DNA of 20,000 nt from an uncultured virus (IMG/VR IMGVR_UViG_3300001450_000027) (lineage: Duplodnaviria > Heunggongvirae > Uroviricota > Caudoviricetes), in the IMG/VR virus record IMGVR_UViG_3300001450_000027, positions 52,820 to 72,819 of that record; one strand, given 5' to 3'. Below the pieces are notes generated by a model. The model was not told the DNA's origin. It searched no databases and saw only the letters and a list, made by a program, of their open reading frames with translations. Positions 1-8,900 of this stretch are shown here, in pieces; position 1 is the stretch's first letter; each line of letters begins with the position of its first letter. Position numbers and translations under genes: made by a program.

Positions 1-1884
1 AAATTTTCTACCCCAAACTGGTTCCGCTGCATATCCTAAACCAAATTTTGGTAGTAATTTTTTATATGTTTCACCGCTGTACTCGGGAGGGTATACTATT
101 TGCGACTGGGCGAACGCGGGAAGGACATGAAGAAATTGCCCGAACTTTACATCAGGCTGGAACCGTAAATCTATTTCGTTATTAACTTTAATTATATTAA
201 CAATTATTTTAGAATCATCTGAATCCTTTAATAACTCAACTTCGTATATAGGAGACGGATTTGAGGGTAAACCAAAATCGTTTATAGTTCTAAAAAAATA
301 ATAATATTTTCTGTTTGCTCTTATCTTTTCGTCTATTACAACATACGGCATGCCTACCGCATTCTCAGCTATGAAAGAAGTGTCATGCCTATTATAATTT
401 GTAATTTTACTAAATGATTTGAATATTTCAAATTTTCCGGGATGTTCAGAATATTCAAACTCTATGTCTTCATCTTCGTTAATACCCGGAATGAAATTCA
501 TTATTTGACTATCTTTCTCGTGCACTGATACGAATTTAGAAGCTTGCTCACCTCTTTGTAGATCCAATAATATTTTTATTTTACTTTTCGAATTTGATTT
601 ATTAATAAATTTTACATACGGAGGTATTGGGGGTTTCTTAGTAACAAACACTGACTTTCGAAAAAGTGGAAGCTCTAGAATTTTCATAGATGGCTTGATT
701 ACAACATCAATTTCAAATCTCACTTCTTCCTCTGATTCTCTTTTATCCGCTAATCTATAAGAATATTCCGAGCCTTTTACTAAGGCGTAGCCCATAACAA
801 TATAAGTATATTGCTCCATAGGCTTGATTTGGGTATCTGCTAAAATAACATCACCAGTGGTATCCGCCACTATATAAGTTTGAACAGGAGATACATTTGT
901 ATTATCACCTGCGTATTTTTCAATTTTAAAAAATAACCACTCGTATTCCGCTAGCTCTTCATCATATATTTCTCCAAGGTTTCTGGTAGCGAGTAGCGCC
1001 GCTGATTTTATATTAAGGTTTGCGGCCCATCTTGCTGATTCTTCTTCCATTGTAGATTTTTCTTCGTAGGGTGGCATAACAAGCATTTGGTCGTTCGAGA
1101 AAGAGGAGTTACCTTGGCCTATAAGATTAAATAGGTCGACCGAGTGGGCCTCTCTTTCAACTCCTCCTATTTCAAATGTAGTTCCTGATTTGGGATATTC
1201 TATGTAATCATTTACTATTTTGTCGTAAAGGTCGATTCTTGGGTCCTTCAGTATGCTCAAAATTGTTTGTTCTTTTACAGCAGAAAAAATAATTTTGTTG
1301 TGGTAAGGAAACTCAGATAATGATGAGTTACCGATCCCAAAGCTATATTCCGAACCGAAGAAGACTCTAGAGCGCTTTTGCACAATAGCCCCGTCAGAGC
1401 CGACGTAGTGAGACTCAAGGTCTGTATTGAAGTTCTTTATCTTTTTAGAATTGATGCTAGTTGAGAATGGGGTAAAATTATCAACTTCTTTCATGTTCTG
1501 CGAGCTAACAGTAGATAAATAAACCGTTGGTATCATCCTGTGGTCTTTATCTGCAATGAACGTATCGTATTCAATAGAACTGTAGAGGTAGTCATTATTA
1601 ATTTTAAAAAAATTAGTTTGCTTATGAAGCTCCATACCACTCAAGAAAGAAATATCAGTAGGCATGTCAAACGTAGCATTATGGTTATAATATGTAGGCC
1701 CGAAAGCCATAATACTTGTTATGTCGAAACCTTTTACTGTTGTTGCTACGATTCTTTGTACAACTGTGTTTTCTTCAAAGTCATATTTTTCTTCTTGAAA
1801 GCTAAGTTCACGAATTGCATCGCCTCCGCCATTTAACATCAACTCATCTATTCCCATATCTGCTATTCTTAGTTTGGTAGACAT
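1..1884 (-). CDS. Virion structural protein with two fibronectin type III-like motifs (3'-partial, >628 aa; absent from the ORF track)
   Basis: Manual translation: the ATG at 1884-1882 overlaps the upstream TAA (TAATG) and has AGGAGGT 8 nt upstream. The frame is open with no stop to position 1 (MSTKLRIADMGIDELMLNGGGDAIRELS...KLLPKFGLGYAAEPVWGRKF). FN3-like segments: FFKIEKY...ILADTQIKPMEQYTYIVMGYAL and KKPPIPP...GKFEIFK...VIDEKIRANRKYYYFFRTINDFGLPSNPSPIYEVEL. Confidence 0.85.
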   Translation of the reverse strand, partial: MSTKLRIADMGIDELMLNGGGDAIRELSFQEEKYDFEENTVVQRIVATTVKGFDITSIMAFGPTYYNHNATFDMPTDISFLSGMELHKQTNFFKINNDYLYSSIEYDTFIADKDHRMIPTVYLSTVSSQNMKEVDNFTPFSTSINSKKIKNFNTDLESHYVGSDGAIVQKRSRVFFGSEYSFGIGNSSLSEFPYHNKIIFSAVKEQTILSILKDPRIDLYDKIVNDYIEYPKSGTTFEIGGVEREAHSVDLFNLIGQGNSSFSNDQMLVMPPYEEKSTMEEESARWAANLNIKSAALLATRNLGEIYDEELAEYEWLFFKIEKYAGDNTNVSPVQTYIVADTTGDVILADTQIKPMEQYTYIVMGYALVKGSEYSYRLADKRESEEEVRFEIDVVIKPSMKILELPLFRKSVFVTKKPPIPPYVKFINKSNSKSKIKILLDLQRGEQASKFVSVHEKDSQIMNFIPGINEDEDIEFEYSEHPGKFEIFKSFSKITNYNRHDTSFIAENAVGMPYVVIDEKIRANRKYYYFFRTINDFGLPSNPSPIYEVELLKDSDDSKIIVNIIKVNNEIDLRFQPDVKFGQFLHVLPAFAQSQIVYPPEYSGETYKKLLPKFGLGYAAEPVWGRKF

Positions 1885-4800
1885 TAGTACGAACCTCCTG
1901 TTGTAGCTGTCGTCGTGCCACTAGTTAAAGTGGGAGTTGCTGTGGTTGTTGTGGTTGTTGAAGTGGGTATAGCTGTGGAAATTGTTGTAGCCTGTGGCCG
2001 GCCTGAAACAAAGTTGTTGATTTGGGTTACTATATTACTAGTCGCCTGTGACATGTTGAAATCAATACTGTTAGAATATTCACTGATAACTAAGTCAGAA
2101 TCAAGATCATCACTTTGGCCATCTGCCAAAGAGGGATCGTATAAATCACCTCTGGAAATAAAAAAGTATTTATTTGTAAATGCTAGATTGGTCCTGTCGT
2201 CTGTTCCAATTCCGAGTTCTTTGTCTACGTGATAAACCATCTTACAGAAATAATAGCCTGTCATATCGAGTAAACTATCTGGGTCCAACATATCCCAAAT
2301 GGGCTTGTTTAATAGCATTTCTCCCGTTTCTTTTATAGCTTCATAACCTACCAGAACCTCGACCTTAACGATAGTAAAATACGAAACCTTGCTAAGCAAT
2401 TCAGTGTCTTTAGCTACTAATCTATCTTTCCGCTTGAACAGGTTAATTTTTGATGATTTACCTTTTGATAAAAACAGGGCCTTCATATGGTTTGGCAAGT
2501 TTGCAACTCTTGACGAAAATGCTTCAGGGGTTGAATTGTTCTTAATCTTATTTAAAATATTTTGTTTGTTATCAATATCAAAAGTATTTTTTGACACCAC
2601 CCTGCTTGGTGGGGCTATCGAAAGTTGGCTACTTATCGCAGACATACTTTGCTCCGGAATAGGCTCCAATTTAAAAACAAGGTCCTTGTCATACACGACG
2701 AAAGAAGAATCATTACCTAGATATTCTTCCGAATTAATAGTTATTTCTTCTTCTGCGGTGTCCTCGAAGTTCATAGGGATAGGGCTAAGTATAGAAAACT
2801 TAGGAGACAAATTTAAATTTGAAAATTTTCTTTTTCTTGTCCTTGACTTTCTTGTTTTTTTTCTTCTTGTCGGCCTCTCTGGTGGAATCCTCTGAACATT
2901 ATCAAATAATTTATTAAATTTGTTTACATCAATAGATTCTGGTTCTTTTAGGTCAAACCGGACTCCTTTATCCCGAACGGACATTGGGCTTATATAGCCG
3001 TAAGAAAAACCAGTAGTTTGTACAAGACCAGATAATGTGTCAGGATCAACAGGCTCTTGGGAACTATAGATTGCAGGGCCGTCTGTAAACAGCTTGCTTC
3101 TTTCTTGGGACAGTCTATTTAAAAATTCCTCGGGTTGTATCTTCGGCACACCCGAGGTGTAATTTGGTTCTATAAAGTTGTAGCGCTTCCTATTTTCAAA
3201 AGGCAAGAATATTTTTTCGAATCTGTGGCTGATTTTAACCAAAGTTGATCTTGGAGTGTTCTTAGGAAAAACCTTAAGACTGTTTTCTTTTATTTGGCTT
3301 GGTGAAAAAGAAAAATAATTTATCATTTTGTGAATCATTCTATCCATCTCTTCCAAAAAAGAGCTAGCACTTTTAGTTGTTGCAAACCTAGGGTTTAATT
3401 TTGAAGTATTGCTTTGTAGAATAGTCGACAAGTCAGCCTGTCCCATGTTGTACATGTAAGAATACATTTTAGCCAGCACCAAGGGTCCCTGAACCCATGG
3501 GGCAGATGAGTAATTTTCTTGATATTCGAAATCTTGATTATCAAAAAAGTTGTCTCTTGTTTGGTCCATGTCATAGTTGTAATTTTTCTTAGAAGACAAC
3601 ATATCACAATAATCCGTGACCCTCTTGAACGTTTCTAAAATGTTATCAAAAAGACTTTGTACAAATGGTATTGTTGGGTCTTTAAACGATAACTCTACCT
3701 CATACATATATTCGCCTACCCTGTTATCGTTAATGAGAAAATCTTCAAATTCAAAAAATCTTATATTATTTTCGCCTAGAAACATCTCCTTGATGCTTCC
3801 ATCAATATTATAATCTTGTAAATTGTTTCTATAAAATTGACCTGACAATGGCTCCTCTCCGGCAGTTAAAATTGGCAACTCTTCTATAACCATATCATAA
3901 TAAAAATCTTTGTTTTTCGATAATCTAGTTAATGGCTTTATAAGTTTGTTTTCGTCATAAGAGGTTATAATATATTCTTTGCTAACTGAATCTCGATAAG
4001 TCTCTATCGGACTTCCGATCTTGTTAGTTCCATAGGCTAATTTAATCCTGTCTCTTATTATCGTAAGGTTGTTTATTTTAAAATTAGACATAATAGAGTT
4101 TAATACAACGGGGTTTAGTCCTTCTAGTGTTCTACCAAATTTAGTTTTCCTTAACAACATGTCCCTGACGTTGATTCCAAACAATGCAGAAATATTACCG
4201 GAATATGTGACCGTATCGTATAACTCAGTAAAAGGAGTATAATTGTTGTCTTTTTTAATTTGGCTTTCTCTGTTGTAACTGTCGGGTTTCATTTCTCTAT
4301 AATCTTTTATTTTATAGTTAAAAACCTCTAATGTTGTAAGTTTAGAGTGAGGCACATTCTTGTGGTAAGATCCTGCCATATATCCCCCTTCGTGCATATG
4401 AACTGGTCCTATATATTGGGTACCGTTAGAGTTTAAGAATACCGTTGTCGTTCTGTTTATGTTTGATTTCTGAAATACGGTCTCTGATGATACGGGGCCG
4501 TAATACGACATTTCCGGGATAATTTTTATAGAACCACCAGTCGCGGATGCTTTTGCCTCATCTAGGTAAACAGCGCTGAAAATTTTCAATTCTGATTTTA
4601 ACAAATTGTGTTTGAAATCGAAAGTGAAATTGAAATACTTATAACCATCATCGATAGATGTCTCCACCTTCGAATTAAATGTTTTGTTAATTATTGTTGG
4701 GAAGACAAAATCTATAATGTTGCTTTGCAAACTGTTTGCCCTTTCGCGGATTGCTCTTTCAGAAAAATCTATATTTCCATCTGTTATCAAATCTCCGATT

Positions 4801-5012
4801 TCTTCTTCACTACTTGCTACAAATAGAATAGACATTGCGGTTGTAAGTCGGTCGTTATCAGACCACAGTTTTTTAACCCCTAAAGAAGAGGTATCAACAA
4901 TGCAGACATGGGCCCTAAGAGATGCATTGTCGTCATTGTGTCCTTCGAGGATTTCTATGCCCTTTATATAAACATTGGGCAATAACTCGTTACCAACTAA
5001 AAAATCACTCAT
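1884..5012 (-). CDS. Hypothetical phage structural protein, 1042 aa (His-cluster motif, Arg/Lys patch, Thr-rich C-terminal tail)
   Basis: Long ORF overlapping its neighbours at both ends (8-nt ATGAGTGA overlap at the start, TAATG at the stop), with GAGGT 8 nt upstream. No recognisable catalytic family; structural role inferred from operon context. Confidence 0.8.
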   Translation of the reverse strand: MSDFLVGNELLPNVYIKGIEILEGHNDDNASLRAHVCIVDTSSLGVKKLWSDNDRLTTAMSILFVASSEEEIGDLITDGNIDFSERAIRERANSLQSNIIDFVFPTIINKTFNSKVETSIDDGYKYFNFTFDFKHNLLKSELKIFSAVYLDEAKASATGGSIKIIPEMSYYGPVSSETVFQKSNINRTTTVFLNSNGTQYIGPVHMHEGGYMAGSYHKNVPHSKLTTLEVFNYKIKDYREMKPDSYNRESQIKKDNNYTPFTELYDTVTYSGNISALFGINVRDMLLRKTKFGRTLEGLNPVVLNSIMSNFKINNLTIIRDRIKLAYGTNKIGSPIETYRDSVSKEYIITSYDENKLIKPLTRLSKNKDFYYDMVIEELPILTAGEEPLSGQFYRNNLQDYNIDGSIKEMFLGENNIRFFEFEDFLINDNRVGEYMYEVELSFKDPTIPFVQSLFDNILETFKRVTDYCDMLSSKKNYNYDMDQTRDNFFDNQDFEYQENYSSAPWVQGPLVLAKMYSYMYNMGQADLSTILQSNTSKLNPRFATTKSASSFLEEMDRMIHKMINYFSFSPSQIKENSLKVFPKNTPRSTLVKISHRFEKIFLPFENRKRYNFIEPNYTSGVPKIQPEEFLNRLSQERSKLFTDGPAIYSSQEPVDPDTLSGLVQTTGFSYGYISPMSVRDKGVRFDLKEPESIDVNKFNKLFDNVQRIPPERPTRRKKTRKSRTRKRKFSNLNLSPKFSILSPIPMNFEDTAEEEITINSEEYLGNDSSFVVYDKDLVFKLEPIPEQSMSAISSQLSIAPPSRVVSKNTFDIDNKQNILNKIKNNSTPEAFSSRVANLPNHMKALFLSKGKSSKINLFKRKDRLVAKDTELLSKVSYFTIVKVEVLVGYEAIKETGEMLLNKPIWDMLDPDSLLDMTGYYFCKMVYHVDKELGIGTDDRTNLAFTNKYFFISRGDLYDPSLADGQSDDLDSDLVISEYSNSIDFNMSQATSNIVTQINNFVSGRPQATTISTAIPTSTTTTTTATPTLTSGTTTATTGGSY
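1887..1990 (-). repeat. Low-complexity Thr-rich coding tract (ACN-rich; includes a short imperfect TGTGGTTGT tandem on the + strand)
   Basis: Encodes ATTISTAIPTSTTTTTTATPTLTSGTTTATTGGSY at the C-terminus of the 1042-aa protein. Confidence 0.7.
1893..1899 (-). promoter_or_regulatory. Shine-Dalgarno site AGGAGGT for the gene starting at 1884
   Basis: The minus strand reads ACAGGAGGTTCGTACTAATG, an 8-nt spacer to the ATG. It is encoded by the Thr-Gly-Gly codons of the upstream gene. Confidence 0.8.
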
Positions 5013-5976
5013 CTTCGCATACCTCTATGTCATTGTTTCCAGTAGAATATATATTAACATCTAAAGCTTCCTCTTTATCCAGCAAATCATCGCAATCGTA
5101 ATCTTGCAAATCAACAAATATATCTTTTGCACTCAAGGATCTTATACCCTCACATATTTTGATTCTTGACACCTCGGAATCAATCATGAGGTCAAAGTAT
5201 TGCTCGACCGTGTCAGCATCGACACTCTCTTCTGGTTGTTCGAAAATGCCATCTTCACTTCCGGGGGTTCTTAATCTAAGTATGTCATTTTTTATTTCGT
5301 TTTCATCAATATCCCTAGAAAGAAATTTAAGCTTTTTATATTCAGCTTTATCCTCTTCGTATAAAAAGACATCCATTGTGTAATTGTCACTAGTATTAAA
5401 TCCGTTCTTTTCACTAAGATATATTAACATTTCCTGCTCTTTTACTCGTATAAAGCTTGCATCGTCTGCTCCCATATCCGGGCTATAATCAATGTAATTT
5501 GAAGTTGGCATGCCACCTTGCCTAACATCACCAATTGACATCGTAAAGTTCAACAAACTATTAACTTGAGGAATTTTGATATTTTCGTTTGTGTTGGTTG
5601 TGTAATTATAAGAAAAAGTATCAGCCTCACCCTGTAGTATGTAGGCTTCCCAACCAACCGCATCTTGGTCAGAAAAATTGTTAGTTCCAATCGCATAAGT
5701 CATCGAATCGTTCTTGTCTATCGACAAAGAACTCTTAAGCCCAGTATCTACCCCACGGTGAGTTGTTTGTGGTCTTAGCGACGGAGTTTCTGACAAAATT
5801 CTAGTTTTTGATTGTAAGTTGGTTTCCGTAAAGCCTCCACGTTCTGAATCATAAATCACATCATCATCAAAAAAAGCATAAAACTCTGGTTTTAGTTTTC
5901 CTTGCGACAGTAACTTTCTACCGTGAGGAGTCAACTCTATCTTAATAACATCTTCCTTTTTATTAAAAAAAGTCAT
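5005..5976 (-). CDS. Putative baseplate/tail-fibre attachment protein with DUF3751-like N-terminus, 323 aa
   Basis: The N-terminal IELTPHGRKLLSQGKLKPEFYAFFDDDVIYD resembles the LTxxGRxLLAxG...FAxGD pattern of tail-collar/fibre N-termini (DUF3751-like). ATGA overlap with the upstream gene and AGGAG 10 nt upstream. Acidic C-terminus. Confidence 0.55.
   Translation of the reverse strand: MTFFNKKEDVIKIELTPHGRKLLSQGKLKPEFYAFFDDDVIYDSERGGFTETNLQSKTRILSETPSLRPQTTHRGVDTGLKSSLSIDKNDSMTYAIGTNNFSDQDAVGWEAYILQGEADTFSYNYTTNTNENIKIPQVNSLLNFTMSIGDVRQGGMPTSNYIDYSPDMGADDASFIRVKEQEMLIYLSEKNGFNTSDNYTMDVFLYEEDKAEYKKLKFLSRDIDENEIKNDILRLRTPGSEDGIFEQPEESVDADTVEQYFDLMIDSEVSRIKICEGIRSLSAKDIFVDLQDYDCDDLLDKEEALDVNIYSTGNNDIEVCEDE
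5021..5025 (-). promoter_or_regulatory. Shine-Dalgarno-like site GAGGT for the gene starting at 5012
   Basis: Minus strand TAGAGGTATGCGAAGATG; 8-nt spacer. Confidence 0.6.
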
Positions 5977-8900
5977 GATGTTTTATCTCCTGCTACCCAT
6001 TTTGTAGAACCATCGCTGTATGTGATCTTGGTAGACCCAGCGGCACTATAATATGTTCTATTGGTCTCCATAAGAGCTTCAGTCGATGTATCTTGATCGG
6101 CTTTCTTCGGGATATTTCTCATTATAGCTTGTGTTGCGCTTTTCATTATACCACCAGTTTGAGGAAGTTTGGACTCCTCACTAAACTTGACATTAGCTTC
6201 CAACTTAATTAGTTCAACCAACGAAAAGAAATCATAAGGCCAATTGAATGAAATTGGTGGACCCGAGTCGTTGCCGGCCTTTAATAAACTCTCGAACGAA
6301 TCCGCTATATCTTGGTCAACATTAGCTATCGCTCCTTGTGAAGCATTCCCCACTTGTTTAATAATACTCTTGTCGTAAAAATTTACCTTTGCTCTCTGTT
6401 TTACCTTAAAGATCATCCACCGAAGACGATCAGGTATGTCGCTGTTTTGCCCGAGAAGCTCTTCCTCTAGCAGACTATGACTGCTATATGCCGTTGCCTC
6501 TTCATGGGAAATTCCAATGTTTGGTTGAACCCCTTGCCACATATCTGCCAAGTCTTGTTTTCCAAATTTATGTTTAAATTCAAAAATATACATCGCAATC
6601 GGGTCAACTGACCTTAAATCGTTATAGAAGTCCATTGGGGGTGGAAAAACATAATGCTTCATCTTATCAACCATGTTTTGGACACTTTCTGGTATTTCTT
6701 CAGGAAAGCCTTGGTTGATTAAGGCTAAAGCACTTTTCCCTTTCGAGCGCTGTATCGCGACTCGGACTTCCTTTTCATCTAATTTGAAAAATTTTCTTCT
6801 GCCTTCTTCTTCGATAAAAGGAACAGCAACCACTGCTTCTCTTACTTCTTTGGTGTCAGCCAACTGTCCCATTTTAACTGGGGCACTATTGAATCCGCAT
6901 AGGTCCATTAGCGAGCCTGTTGTGGAAGTGGTGGGGTCTTTAGCAGAAGACTCTGGAACTCCTCCATTTATAATTTCAATATGTCTGTCTGGAACATCCG
7001 TGACTTGCATAAATATTCCTTTGGATGGATCTTCCTCGATTCTTCCATATTGGTGCCACATTCCTCTTGGCACGGACTCGGAGCCGTTTAACGGCAAAGT
7101 GATAGAAGTCGAAGCAGACAAATGATTAAAGTTTAACATTGGTGATTCAAAGTGTGGTTGTATAACCCAGTGTTGGTCATCGTTTGCCGTTGTAGAGACC
7201 ACGATTGTTTGCTCATTTGCGCCTTGCCCAGTAGTACTGACGGAGGCTTTCGTGAAGAGGTTTAGCGAGGCAGAAAGTTGAAGAAATGTATCATTTGCTT
7301 TGTCCCCAATGGTTTCTTTGTTTCCATAGCTGGGCGATAAGCCAGCCAAAGAGTTTTCGTCAATCCACCGAAAATACTCAACAGTGGATTGGTTTACTAT
7401 CTCATTTATAGTATATTTTTTAGTTTCGCTTGGCTGGAATCTGATATCAGCCCATCCCTCACCATGATAATAAGGAGGAGTAAAAGGATAATTATAACCT
7501 TCTCTCGAATCCTGAACTGTTTTGACATTCACTCCGTTTGCGTGTCTCCAAATACTTGGAGGACCAAAGGCGCTAGGCCTAGAATACATTGTAAAAGTTT
7601 CGAAGTTGTTGACATCCGTAATCTGCGGAGTTTCTACCCCGATATCAGTTGCAACAGCGAGTGGACCCTGAGCAAAAGTACCAGACAATGTCGATTTAAA
7701 CATCTTCACTCTCATCATATATGTGTGATCCTTTCTAGCGTTCCCCACTGTTGGATCGCTTGATTTTTTAGATGCAATTCTAGAAAATTCTTTCCCTTTC
7801 AAAAAGAACTCTGGGATTTCTGCCAAATAATTATGTATCATTAGCTTGTATAGTGGCCCGGACTTAGGAGAAAAGAAAACAGAAGCTGATACGTTTCCGC
7901 TGGCATGTGGTTCTTGGGTGGGGATTGAATAACTTGACAAGTGTCTTGCAGGCTCGATCAGCGCTTTAAAGGGAACTCTCTTATCCCAGTTGACTATCCC
8001 GTCAGTCGACGCATCGTATTTGAGTCTTATCATGTATTGGTCAGCATCTAGAGTTGGGTGCGACAAAATCGCATTTAGATTTTCATTTGACCCCTCGGTT
8101 CCCGATGCCATATAGGACCCCGTTACGATGGGGTAATCAACTGCTACCCCGGATTTTATTGAATTGTATAATACTCCGGGAGCAAACATCGGAGCAAGAA
8201 CATTTTGCATTGCAAATTCTGGTTTGTTGCCCGTACCCCAAGAGGTGCTACTAGCGGTAACCGTGAAAGATCCCGAATATGATTGGAAAAACTGCTTTGC
8301 TACCTCGACAGATCGCTGAACGGGATAAAAACCGTCATAAGGTAAGAACTTTTTAACCGCTTTGCACTTTAACATAAGCCTGCTTGGTTTAACAAAATCC
8401 TTATGTTCTTCTTTGACAAATTCAAAATGTTCCATAAAGTCAGTATTTGTAAAGATTTTATAGAAATTAGCCTCTGCTGAGCCTGTGGTAGAAGCAAGGC
8501 CTCCTGTTAGCTCAAAAATACTCAAGTTTTGTTCAATAGAACCAGTTGACTGGTAAGCTTTTACGTGATTGGACATTCTAAATTCTGGAATTATAGAATA
8601 ATCTTTGTATTTGCTTTTGAGATCTACGTGGTACAAATTATATGTGTCATAAAATGGAGCACGACCAGATTGTGATGGGGTGTCCCATGCTGCTTCGCCC
8701 TGTGGTATATGTTCCATCGCTATATCACCAAGCGTTGTTCCATATCTAATTCCCTCTATAGGCATACCACATGGAGAAACTACTGACTCTGATTGTATTA
8801 ATGTATGTCTTCGGGCATATATTGGAGCAGGGGCGAAATGAGTATTTATAAGGCCAAAGGTCAAATAAGAGGTATTGTTTTTATTAAAACTACTATATCT

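Noticed and set aside
8843..8850. T4-type late promoter TATAAATA on the minus strand
   Set aside because: A single copy noticed deep inside a CDS, about 2.9 kb from the next start. This is plausible by chance in AT-rich DNA.
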